Below are positions 55,740 through 64,000 of a stretch of 64,000 bases of DNA, in pieces (position 1 is the first letter of the stretch; the number at the start of each line of letters is the position of its first letter). The position numbers were made by a program, and so were the translations under genes. The stretch lies in assembly GCA_963707915.1 (NCBI GenBank), contig OY970178.1:3488001-3552000 (forward strand), read 5' to 3'. The stretch comes from Candidatus Eiseniibacteriota bacterium (GTDB lineage Bacteria; Eisenbacteria; RBG-16-71-46). Under the pieces are notes generated by a model. It was given only the letters and a program-made list of their open reading frames with translations, searched no databases and was not told the origin of the DNA.

Positions 55740-57191
55740 CTACGAGGGCGCGCGCGTGCCGGCCGGCGCGGCCTGCGCCGCTCCCGAGGTGAGCAGGCGA
55801 TGGGCGGCGACCATCAGGCCGAACATCAGCCAGACCTGGAAGGCGTAGTTGATGTTGCGCAGGTACTCGACCTTGATCTGGTCCACCAGGAACACGACCA
55901 TCTGCACGCGCGCGATGATCATGAAGCTGCGCAGGAAGTCCGGGTGCCGCAGGTCGTCCGTCGTCGGCCGGGTGATCCGGAACAGGGTCCACAGCAGCCA
56001 CGCGAAGATGGCGATTCCGATGAAGCCCACGTTGTTCGCGACGTAGAGGAACAGCGAGTGGGGCCAGTAGTAGACTCTGGTGCCGCTGAGCATCGAGTAG
56101 ACGGGGCCATGTCCGAGGAGTGGATGCTCGAAGATGCGGTTCCAGGCCATCGGCCACACCACCGAGCGGTTGTCGGGCACGAAACCGACGACGGTCGAGC
56201 CGGCAAGGCGCTCGAACATGTTCCCGGTGCGCGTGTAGGTCGAGACGAACCAGTTCATGCCGATCAGGCCCGCGGCCGCCGCCCCGGCCGTGATGGTCAC
56301 TCCCACCATGGTGAGGCGACGTCGTATCAGCCACAACAGGTAGAGCATCCCGATCCCGAGCGCGATGATCCCGCCCCGGGTGACCGTCGCGAACATGATG
56401 AACATGACCAGCACCAGCAGGCCGCCGTAGGCGGTGCGGAGCAGGATCGAATTCGTGCGCAGGAACAGGAACAGGATGAGCGGCACATAGATGGCACAGT
56501 ATTCGCAGAGCAACTCGTAGTCGTAGAAGGAGGAGCCGACGCGGATGCCGAAGGCGGCAGCGTCCGGGCTCGAGATATTCTTGAATTCGATCCAGCCGGG
56601 AATCAGGACCTGGCCCGGGTGGGTCATCTCGAAGATGGCGACGAGGCAGACCAGCAACACCGAGATGGTCTGGAAGATGAGCAGGCGCTCGAAGTCCCGC
56701 CGGGTCTCCGGGATGCTCGCGACCAGGTAGAACAGGAGCCAGGTGACCGCCATCATCAGGAAGTTTCCCAGGCCGGTACTCAGATGCACCGCCTCGATGT
56801 TGTAGAAGGAGACGACGTAGGAGATGAACAGCATGACCAGCGGGACGTCGATCGGCGAGCGGTGGGGCGGGGGGCTCTGCCGCAACGAGACCCGCAGCAG
56901 CCAGATCACCAGCATCAGCGCGACCAGGTAGATGTTCGTGTTGCCGAAGACAGTGGTGCGCGGGAAGGGCAGGGCGACGGCCATGATGGCCAGCCCGGAG
57001 GTGGTGTTGAGGCGCCAGGCCAGGCCGAACATCAGAAAGGCCGTGAGCACCGAGAGCACGCGTTTGTTGGGCGAGATGTACTGGATGCCCATCAACGCGC
57101 CGACGCCGATGACGAGGAACAGCGCCCCGAGGCGGTCCAGCAGCCCGACCAGCGGGTTCGTCGACCGCACCGGACGGAGCGAGGCGCTCAT
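55740..57191 (-). CDS. O-antigen ligase / Wzy polymerase family membrane protein
   Basis: Multi-TM protein with 'TVTRGGIIA', 'HPLLGHG' and 'PHSLFL'. Confidence 0.8.
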   Translation of the reverse strand: MSASLRPVRSTNPLVGLLDRLGALFLVIGVGALMGIQYISPNKRVLSVLTAFLMFGLAWRLNTTSGLAIMAVALPFPRTTVFGNTNIYLVALMLVIWLLRVSLRQSPPPHRSPIDVPLVMLFISYVVSFYNIEAVHLSTGLGNFLMMAVTWLLFYLVASIPETRRDFERLLIFQTISVLLVCLVAIFEMTHPGQVLIPGWIEFKNISSPDAAAFGIRVGSSFYDYELLCEYCAIYVPLILFLFLRTNSILLRTAYGGLLVLVMFIMFATVTRGGIIALGIGMLYLLWLIRRRLTMVGVTITAGAAAAGLIGMNWFVSTYTRTGNMFERLAGSTVVGFVPDNRSVVWPMAWNRIFEHPLLGHGPVYSMLSGTRVYYWPHSLFLYVANNVGFIGIAIFAWLLWTLFRITRPTTDDLRHPDFLRSFMIIARVQMVVFLVDQIKVEYLRNINYAFQVWLMFGLMVAAHRLLTSGAAQAAPAGTRAPS

Positions 57192-57862
57192 GCCCGTTCG
57201 AAGCGCTTGCGCAGGAGGAAGAGGAGGTTGTCCCAGCCGTCGCGCCACTTCTGCAGCTTGACCTCGCCGATCCGCGCGCCGTAGGGGATGTGGGTCTCCC
57301 CGAAGCCCAGCCCGCGCAGCAGGGCCTCGAGCTTGATCTCCTCGCTGAAGGACATCCCGTCCGAGGTCAGGCGCATCCGCTCGAGCGCGGTGCGGCGGAA
57401 CACCCACATGCCCGACTGGCTGTCGCGGACCGGCTTGAAGAACAGCAGCGCCGCGGCCACCGTGAGCACGCCGTTGCCGAACTGGTTGCTGAAGCTCATG
57501 GCGCGCGGGTCGGCCAGCGGGAACCGGCAGGCCGAGAGGAAGTCGAGGCGCCGGTCGATCAGCGCCTGCACCAGCCGGGGGATCTCCTCGGGTGGGTAGG
57601 TGCCGTCGCCGTCCAGGGTCACCACGATGTCGGTGCGAACCGCCCGCAGCCCGGCCTTGTACGCCGCGCCGTAGCCACGGGTCTTCTCCGCCACGACCCG
57701 GGCGCCCAGGGAGCCGGCCACCTCGGCGGTGCGATCGGTGGAGTTGTTGTCGACCACGATGACTTCGTCCACCACTGCGGGCATCCGGCCGATGACCTCC
57801 CGGACCCCTGCTTCCTCGTTGTAGCAGGGGATGACGACGCCGATGCTGAGGTTGGAGTGCAT
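57188..57862 (-). CDS. GT2 polyprenol-phosphate glycosyltransferase (DPM1-like)
   Basis: Motifs 'IPCYNEE', 'VDNNSTD', 'LDGDGTY' and 'DSQSGMW'. Confidence 0.88.
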   Translation of the reverse strand: MHSNLSIGVVIPCYNEEAGVREVIGRMPAVVDEVIVVDNNSTDRTAEVAGSLGARVVAEKTRGYGAAYKAGLRAVRTDIVVTLDGDGTYPPEEIPRLVQALIDRRLDFLSACRFPLADPRAMSFSNQFGNGVLTVAAALLFFKPVRDSQSGMWVFRRTALERMRLTSDGMSFSEEIKLEALLRGLGFGETHIPYGARIGEVKLQKWRDGWDNLLFLLRKRFERA

Positions 57863-58357
57863 GGTCGTCCGACGGGGCCTGCTTCCGCAGTGGAGGGAGA
57901 TGCGTGGGCCATGGGGCGGGTTCCCACCGAGTCTATCAGCAGCCTCTGGAACGCGACAAGGCGCAAGGGCTTCCGCCGGTCGACCGTCCGCCTGCCAGCC
58001 GTGCCCCGCATGCGTGCGCTCCGGCGCAGCACGCGTCGCTGTGCGCGCACCGTCGATCGGTCGGACGGGCTCGAGCGAACCGTCCCGGGGGAATCCCCAT
58101 CTCGACCAGCGGGACGACCGTCGCGATCGGCACGTCCCGGCCCGCCCTCGACGGCGCTCGCCTGGCCGCAGGGCAGGCCTGCCGCCCGGTCACCCGGCAC
58201 CGGCGGCCGGGACGCGGGATTCGTCACCGCGTCGGGGACTGCAAGCCGGTCCGGCGGCCGGGATTGGGACCGCGCGGGTGGGTGGTGGCGGCACGCGGGA
58301 AAGGCGGGCGGCGGTGCGCCGGAAGTCCTTGCCGGGGTTTGTCCTTGTGTCCATCGT

Positions 58358-58370
58358 CAACAATTTGATA
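58358..58370 (-). promoter_or_regulatory. IHF-consensus site in the divergent intergenic region
   Basis: Minus strand TATCAA-ATTG-TTG matches WATCAANNNNTTR within an AT-rich patch. Confidence 0.4.
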
Positions 58371-58600
58371 ACATCCTTGCGTGTTGAGGGCCCCGTCAGG
58401 TTCCCCGTGGAGGACGCGCTAGCGACTGCTTGCTACAGCGGTTCGCCGTAGGGCTGGCCAACACCTTGGTCGCTTGAACGACCTGGCCGCCTACCGAGCC
58501 CAGGACACGCTTCCGAGGAACGACAACTTGCGCTTCCCCCACCTGTTGCTCGTGGTCGGCCAGACCGGGTCCGAGTGCGATTGCATTAGGCGAGAGCTAT

Positions 58601-58636
58601 GAGCCGAGGGTGTCTCCACACCCTCGGCTCTTGCTT
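58601..58636 (+). terminator. Perfect hairpin in the 5' leader of the priming glycosyltransferase
   Basis: GAGCCGAGGGTGT-CTCC-ACACCCTCGGCTC (13 bp) followed by TTGCTT. Confidence 0.55.
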
Positions 58637-58662
58637 CGCCGGCAACGCAGCAGAGAGCTAGC

Positions 58663-59595
58663 ATGGAGCCCAACATCCTCGCGTCCACGCACAAGAGCGC
58701 GGCTCCGGGTGCCGACGGCTGGGCCCCGCCGTCGGAGGAGTCCGTGCGGGTTCCCTCCCGGGTGGGAGCGGTGCCCGCCGTGCGGACCGGGAGCGCAACC
58801 GAAGCGCCGGCGACGCCGGCACTCGGCACCGTGTCCGCGACCGTCCGCAACGGGGGCAACGGGGGCAACGGGCACGTGAGGGCGAACGGCGACGGCCATG
58901 GCAACGGCAGTCAATGGCCCGATCTGGTCCCGCTCTCGGGCGGGGTGCTCGCCCGGGTCCTTCCGGCCTACGAGGCGCCGGCGGAAGCCGGCTTCTACCT
59001 GCGCTACGGCAAGCGCCTGCTCGACATCCTGGGCGCGTCGCTCGGCCTGCTCCTCAGCGCACCGCTCCTGCTGCTCGCCGCCATCCTGGTCAAGCTCGAG
59101 TCGCGCGGCCCGGTCATCTACCGGTCCATCCGCATCGGCCGGGGGGCGCGGCCCTTCACGTTCCTGAAGCTGCGCTCCATGGTGGATGGAGCGGAACAGC
59201 ACCGGCACAAGCTCACCCACCTGAACGAGGCCGACGGCCCGGTCTTCAAGATCGTGGCCGACCCCCGCGTGACGCGCGTCGGCCGCCTGCTCCGCATGAC
59301 CAGCATCGACGAGATCCCGCAGCTCTGGAACGTCCTCCGCGGCGAGATGAGCCTGGTCGGACCGCGTCCGCCGATCGCCGAGGAGGTGGTGCAGTACGAG
59401 CCGTGGCAGTTGCGCCGCCTGGACGTGGTGCCGGGCATCACCTGCCTGTGGCAGATCAGCGGCCGCAGCCGCATCGGCTTCCAGGAGTGGATGCGGCTCG
59501 ATCTCGAGTACATCCGGCACCGTTCGTTCCAGCTCGACCTCAAGATCCTGATCCGGACGATCCCCGCGGTGCTCTCCCGCGAGGGCGCCTACTGA
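58663..59595 (+). CDS. Priming undecaprenyl-phosphate sugar-phosphate transferase (bacterial sugar transferase domain)
   Basis: Motifs 'KRLLDI', 'KLRSM', 'DPRVTRVG', 'DEIPQLWNVLRGEMSLVGPRP' and 'PGITCLWQISGRS'. The N-terminus is low-complexity. Confidence 0.92.
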   Translation: MEPNILASTHKSAAPGADGWAPPSEESVRVPSRVGAVPAVRTGSATEAPATPALGTVSATVRNGGNGGNGHVRANGDGHGNGSQWPDLVPLSGGVLARVLPAYEAPAEAGFYLRYGKRLLDILGASLGLLLSAPLLLLAAILVKLESRGPVIYRSIRIGRGARPFTFLKLRSMVDGAEQHRHKLTHLNEADGPVFKIVADPRVTRVGRLLRMTSIDEIPQLWNVLRGEMSLVGPRPPIAEEVVQYEPWQLRRLDVVPGITCLWQISGRSRIGFQEWMRLDLEYIRHRSFQLDLKILIRTIPAVLSREGAY

Positions 59596-59961
59596 TCCCG
59601 GCCGCTTGCCCGTCGCACCTCCCAGGGGCCCGCTGACGGCCGGCCCACCGGCCGGCGCCCCGCCGCCTGCACGTTCCGTCCGCGACCCCGGCGTCCCGCG
59701 GGCCGGCGGCGGGTGCAGATCGCCCCGCCTGCCTGTAGTATCCTCCTGCGCTCTCCGTGGAACGGTCCTGGCCGGGCTTCGCGGGACAGCGTGCCGCCCG
59801 GAGCAGGAGACGGACGAGAGGTACGAGCGGGCGTGGCGCACGGATCGTGTCTGGCCGCCCTGCGTTTCCGAACGGATGGGCACCCGCAACCGCCGACGCT
59901 TCCTGGAGGCCACGGTGCTGGACGGTTCCGAAGTGGAGTCGCTCCACGCCAGCCGGATCCC

Positions 59962-61149
59962 GTGCGAACCAAGACCGAACGCCTGAGGTTGCTGCTGGTC
60001 GAGAGCGGGACCGCCGTCGGCGGGACCGAGCGCGTGCTGTGGGAGCTGGCGACGCGCCTGCCCAGCACCCGCTGGGACGTGCGCGTATGGCTCTCGCCCG
60101 CGCCGGGCGTGGACGAGTTCGCCGGCGCGCTCGAGGCGCACGGCCTCCCGGTCGCGCGGGTGGCCGAGGTGGACTCGCGCTGGGACTGGCCCGGCATGCT
60201 GAGGACCTGGCAGCAGTTGCGGCGCGAACGGCCCGACCTTCTCCACGTGCACCACGTGTGGCCCGCGGCCGACCGCTATCTCGCGGCGCTGGCGGAGACC
60301 GCGGGCGTGCCGCACCTGGTGGTGACCGAGCACATCGAGGGGCACGCGCACTCGGCGGCCCAGGTCCAGCTCAAGCGGCGCGAGCTCGCGCAGGCCGAGG
60401 CCGTCACCGCGGTCAGCGCGGCGGTCGCGGATTCGCTCGTGCGCGATTACGGCGTGGACCGCGCGCGGCTGCGGGTCGTGCCGAACGGGGCCGAGCTGCC
60501 CGACGAGGACGGCGAGCAGGCCGGGGCGCGGCGCGTGCGTGAGCAGTTCGCCGCGGGGGTCCTGCGGCCGCTGTGGGTGTGTGCCGGGCGGCTCGAGCAC
60601 CAGAAGGGCCAGGACGTGCTGCTCGACGCGCTGGCCGAGGTCCGCCGCAAGGGGCTCGAGTTCGTGGCGGTGCTGGCGGGCGATGGCTCGCTGCGCGGCG
60701 CGCTCGAGGAGCGCGTCCGCACGCTCGGGCTCGGGGCCAACGTGCGCTTCCTCGGGCAGGTCGAGGATCTCGGCCCGCTGCTCGCCGCGGCGGACGCGGT
60801 GGTCCTGCCGTCGCGCTGGGAGGGCATGCCGCTGGTGCTGCTCGAAGCGCTGGTGCGCGCGCGCCCGGTGGTGGCGAGCGCGGTCGGCGGCGTGACCGAG
60901 GTGGTGACCGACGGCGAGCACGCGCGGCTGGTTCCCCCCGAGGACCCGCTCGCGCTCGCCCGGGCGCTGGAGGACTTCCACCGCCATCCCGATCCGGCGC
61001 TGCGCCTGGGGCGCCGCGCGGCGGCCCGGGTGCGCGAGGGATTCACCTGGCCGCGCGTGGTCGAGGCCTTCGAGTCGGTCTACGACGAGGTCCTGGGGCT
61101 GGCGAGCTTCGCCGCCCAGGACGCGCCGGCGCCGCGGGCGGTGCGATGA
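59962..61149 (+). CDS. GT4 glycosyltransferase (start uncertain)
   Basis: Motifs 'GGTER', 'VPNG', 'GRLEHQKG' and 'SRWEGMPLVLLEA'. The frame is open from 59713. Confidence 0.88.
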   Translation: MRTKTERLRLLLVESGTAVGGTERVLWELATRLPSTRWDVRVWLSPAPGVDEFAGALEAHGLPVARVAEVDSRWDWPGMLRTWQQLRRERPDLLHVHHVWPAADRYLAALAETAGVPHLVVTEHIEGHAHSAAQVQLKRRELAQAEAVTAVSAAVADSLVRDYGVDRARLRVVPNGAELPDEDGEQAGARRVREQFAAGVLRPLWVCAGRLEHQKGQDVLLDALAEVRRKGLEFVAVLAGDGSLRGALEERVRTLGLGANVRFLGQVEDLGPLLAAADAVVLPSRWEGMPLVLLEALVRARPVVASAVGGVTEVVTDGEHARLVPPEDPLALARALEDFHRHPDPALRLGRRAAARVREGFTWPRVVEAFESVYDEVLGLASFAAQDAPAPRAVR

Positions 61150-62165
61150 GGATCGGCGTGGTGGTGTCGTGCTACCGGCAGGAGCGGTTCCTGGCGCGCA
61201 CCGTGGCGGCGCTCGAACGCGCGCTCGAAGGCGAGGACTGGCAGGGCGTGCTGGAGTTCGCCGCCCCGTCGGACGAGCCGCTGCCCCCGCACTGCGACCG
61301 CTGGCAGGTGATCCACAGCTTCGACCCGGTGACGCGCCGCCCGTCGCGGCCGCTCACCCCCGGCGCCGGCCGCATGCTGGGCTTCGCCGCGTGCGGCGGC
61401 GAGTGGGTCCTGTTCGTGGACTCCGACATGGAGCTCGACGCGGCCTGGGTGCGCGCGATCCTGGCGACCGCGGCGCGCGAGCCCGCGCTCGCCGGGATCG
61501 GTGGCCGGATCGAGGAGTGGTTCGTGGACGGCGCGACCGAGCGGCCCGGCAAGCACGACATGTACGGCACGGGCGACCGCGACCGCGCGGTGGGATACTT
61601 CGGAAACGTCGCCTTCTACCGGCGCGAGGCGCTGGCGGCCGCGGGCGGCTACGACGTGCGGCTCAGCTCGGACGAGGACTTCGAGCTGGGCATGCGGCTG
61701 CGCTGGCTGGGCTTCGAGTTGCGCTCGCTGGGCATGCGCGTCGGCCGGCACTGGAGCGCGCCGCGCCCGAGCTTCCCGGAGCTCGCCCGCCGCTGGCGCA
61801 CCGGGCTGTGTTTCGGGCAGGGGCAGGTGCTGCGGCTCTACCTCGGGCGCCGCGGCTTCGGCACGCTTCTCGCGCGGCAATGGCTCTACATCGCCACGCT
61901 CATGATCTGGTGGCTGGGGATGACCACGCTCGTGGCGGGACTCGTGTCCGGCGATCTGCTGGCGTTCGCGCGCTGGGGGACGTTCCTGCTGGCGCTGCTC
62001 GCCTTCATGACCGTCCGCAAGCGCAGCCCGCGGCTGGCCGTCCATTCGCTGCTCACCTGGACGCTGAACGGGCTCGGCATGCTGGTCGGCCTGACCCGGC
62101 CACCGCGCGCGGAACGAGCGGCGGCCGGGGCGCCCGGACCGGGCGGCGGGGGGGGCGCGTGCTGA
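61146..62165 (+). CDS. GT2 glycosyltransferase with C-terminal TM segments
   Basis: Motifs 'IGVVVSCY', 'LFVDSD', 'GGYD' and 'EDFELG'. Confidence 0.82.
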   Translation: MRIGVVVSCYRQERFLARTVAALERALEGEDWQGVLEFAAPSDEPLPPHCDRWQVIHSFDPVTRRPSRPLTPGAGRMLGFAACGGEWVLFVDSDMELDAAWVRAILATAAREPALAGIGGRIEEWFVDGATERPGKHDMYGTGDRDRAVGYFGNVAFYRREALAAAGGYDVRLSSDEDFELGMRLRWLGFELRSLGMRVGRHWSAPRPSFPELARRWRTGLCFGQGQVLRLYLGRRGFGTLLARQWLYIATLMIWWLGMTTLVAGLVSGDLLAFARWGTFLLALLAFMTVRKRSPRLAVHSLLTWTLNGLGMLVGLTRPPRAERAAAGAPGPGGGGGAC

Positions 62166-63379
62166 TCCACGCCGCCACCGACAACGACATCCACCCGCCG
62201 CTGTTCGGCGGCCCGCAGCGCACCTTCGGACTGCTTCGCGGCCTGGCCCGCCGGCACGAGGTCGAGGCGCTGTGCCTGGTACCGAACCGCAGCACCGCAC
62301 CGCCGGAGGAGGTCGCCGAAGGCGTGAGGCTGCTGCGCCGCAAGGCCTGGTACACGAGCGTGGTGTGGCGGCTCGAGCAGGCGCGGCTCGCCCCCATGTT
62401 CCTCGCGGCCGCCGGGCACACGGCCGCGGCGGGGGGCCTGGCGCGCGCGTTCACGCGGCCCGCGGCGGCGCTGCTCGCCGACCTGAACCTGTCCGGCATG
62501 TTCGGCGCGGACCCCGCGCCGCTCAAGGTCTATACTGCCCACAATGTCGAGCTCGACCACTTCCGCATGACCCGCTCCGACCTGGCGGTCCCCGCATTCT
62601 GGAGCGCGCGCCTGCAGGCCCTCGAGGCGCGCGCCGTGGAGCGCGCCGGGCTCACCGTGGTCTGCGGCGACGAGGACGCGGAGCGCATGCGGGAGCTCTA
62701 CGGGGCCCGGGACGAGTCCGTGGCGATCATCCCCAACGGGTTCGACGAGACGGTCATCCACGCGCCGCTCGCGGCGGAGCGCGTGCGTGCGCGCGCCGCC
62801 CTGGGCCTGGGCGAGCGCGAGTACGCGGCGCTCTTCGTGGGGTCGGACCACCCGCACAACCGTGCGGCGCTCGCGCTGCTGGTGGACCGCGTCATGCCGC
62901 CGCTGGCGGGGGAGGGCTTCCGGCTGCTGGTCGCGGGATCGGTCACCCGCTCGCTGGCCGGGCGGCGGGAGGGCTGGCTGATCGCGCGACCGCAGATGCC
63001 GGACCTCGCGCCGGTGCTCCACGCGGCGGACGCGGGCCTCAATCCCGCGATCACGGGCGGGGGCAGCAACGTGAAGCTCCCGACCTACCTGGCGGCCGGG
63101 CTCGCGGTGGTGAGCACGCCCTTCGGGATGCGCGGCTTCGCGTCGCTCCGGCCGTGGGTCGTGATCGCCGGGCTGGAGGGGCTCACCGAGGCGCTGCGCG
63201 CGCGCCCCGCCGGCTGGCTGGCGCGCGGGCTGCCGATGCCGGACGGGATCGCGGAGTACGCCTGGGGCAGGCTGGGCGAGCGGCTGGGCGAGACGCTGGA
63301 AGCGAAACGACGGGGTGCGGACATCCACGCGGTCCGCGGGGGCCCTGCGGCGCCGGCGGCGGGACGGGCGGGCGCATGA
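62159..63379 (+). CDS. GT4 glycosyltransferase
   Basis: Motifs 'GGPQR', 'AHNVE', 'IPNGFD', 'FVGSDHPHN' and 'GGSNVKLPTYLAAG'. Confidence 0.85.
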   Translation: MLIHAATDNDIHPPLFGGPQRTFGLLRGLARRHEVEALCLVPNRSTAPPEEVAEGVRLLRRKAWYTSVVWRLEQARLAPMFLAAAGHTAAAGGLARAFTRPAAALLADLNLSGMFGADPAPLKVYTAHNVELDHFRMTRSDLAVPAFWSARLQALEARAVERAGLTVVCGDEDAERMRELYGARDESVAIIPNGFDETVIHAPLAAERVRARAALGLGEREYAALFVGSDHPHNRAALALLVDRVMPPLAGEGFRLLVAGSVTRSLAGRREGWLIARPQMPDLAPVLHAADAGLNPAITGGGSNVKLPTYLAAGLAVVSTPFGMRGFASLRPWVVIAGLEGLTEALRARPAGWLARGLPMPDGIAEYAWGRLGERLGETLEAKRRGADIHAVRGGPAAPAAGRAGA

Positions 63380-64000
63380 AGATCGCGATGATCGGGCAGA
63401 AGGGTGTCCCCGCCACCTACGGCGGGATCGAGCGCCACGTCGAGGAGATCGGGCGGCGGCTGGTGGCCATGGGGCACGAGGTGGACGTCTTCTGCCGGCT
63501 CCACTACACCGCGCCGGGGACGACCTGCCACAACATCCACCTGCTGCGGCGCCCGAGCCTGCACACCAAGCACTTCGACACCGTCACGCACGTGGCCTGG
63601 GCCACGGTCGAGTCCATGGTGCGACGCTACGACATCGTCCAGTTCCACGCCCTGGGACCGTCGGTGCTCTCGGGTCTGCCGCGGCTGAGAGGGGCCCGCA
63701 CCGTGGTCACCGTGCACGGCCTCGACTGGCAGCGCGAGAAGTGGGGCCGGACCGCGTCCTGGTTCCTCAAGCAGTGCGAGTGGCCGGCCGCCCACTTCCC
63801 CGACCGCACCATCGTGGTCTCGAAGACGCTGCGCGACTACTTCAACACCCATCACCATTGCGACGCCGCCTTCATCCCCAACGGCACGAACCTGCTGCCG
63901 GCCCGTCCGGCCCGCAAGATCCTGCAGCTCGGGCTCACGCCCGGGAAGTACGTGCTTTTCGTCGGACGCCTGGTGCCCGAGAAGGGCGTTCACTTCCTCT
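63376..64000 (+). CDS. GT4 glycosyltransferase, 3'-truncated by the window edge
   Basis: ATG at 63376: MKIAMIGQKGVPATYGGIERHVEE...TVHGLDWQREKW...IPNG...FVGRLVPEKG. Absent from the ORF track because there is no stop codon in the window. Confidence 0.9.
   Translation, partial: MKIAMIGQKGVPATYGGIERHVEEIGRRLVAMGHEVDVFCRLHYTAPGTTCHNIHLLRRPSLHTKHFDTVTHVAWATVESMVRRYDIVQFHALGPSVLSGLPRLRGARTVVTVHGLDWQREKWGRTASWFLKQCEWPAAHFPDRTIVVSKTLRDYFNTHHHCDAAFIPNGTNLLPARPARKILQLGLTPGKYVLFVGRLVPEKGVHFL

Noticed and set aside
59757..59986. Small ORF or N-terminal extension upstream of the GT4 at 59962
   Set aside because: No frame shows clear coding character, so the start is left uncertain.
265..63993. Numerous long overlapping and antisense ORFs in the track (e.g. 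265-3231, 4058-7405, 9924-12812, 15056-17866, 48196-50766)
   Set aside because: They are Arg/Pro/Gly/Ala-rich shadow frames of recognisable genes, expected at this GC content, and carry no family motifs.

Overview
64 kb of a very GC-rich bacterial chromosome. The SprA homologue suggests an FCB-superphylum lineage outside Bacteroidota, such as an Eisenbacteria-like organism; this is inference. Bases 1-7.9 kb encode a 5'-truncated SprA/Sov-like giant outer-membrane barrel that carries a repeat-rich insertion, followed by a lipoprotein M28 peptidase resembling a glutaminyl cyclase. Bases 8-19.5 kb hold the conserved rimP-nusA-infB-DUF503-rbfA-truB-ribF-rpsO-pnp-M16 peptidase cluster. Bases 19.5-24.4 kb hold a MocR regulator with a PLP aminotransferase (minus strand), then a DUF3108-like gene and a deoxyhypusine-synthase-like gene. 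From 24.7 kb to the window end lies a mosaic surface-polysaccharide/glycosylation locus of about 40 kb: OPX, a GumC-type co-polymerase, a CpsD-like protein lacking the Walker A lysine, a nucleotidyltransferase-like/phosphodiesterase-like pair, three Wzx-type flippases, GT2+DUF2304, a doubly frameshifted GT-C-like gene, a decayed SGNH/MBOAT fusion, an AsnB-like amide ligase, a PqqD/RRE-like-PIG-L fusion, a probable UDP-L-QuiNAc pathway, a Wzy/ligase, a priming transferase with a structured leader, and many glycosyltransferases. No rRNA, tRNA, CRISPR array or transposase was seen. All calls come from motif recognition by eye; no database search was run.
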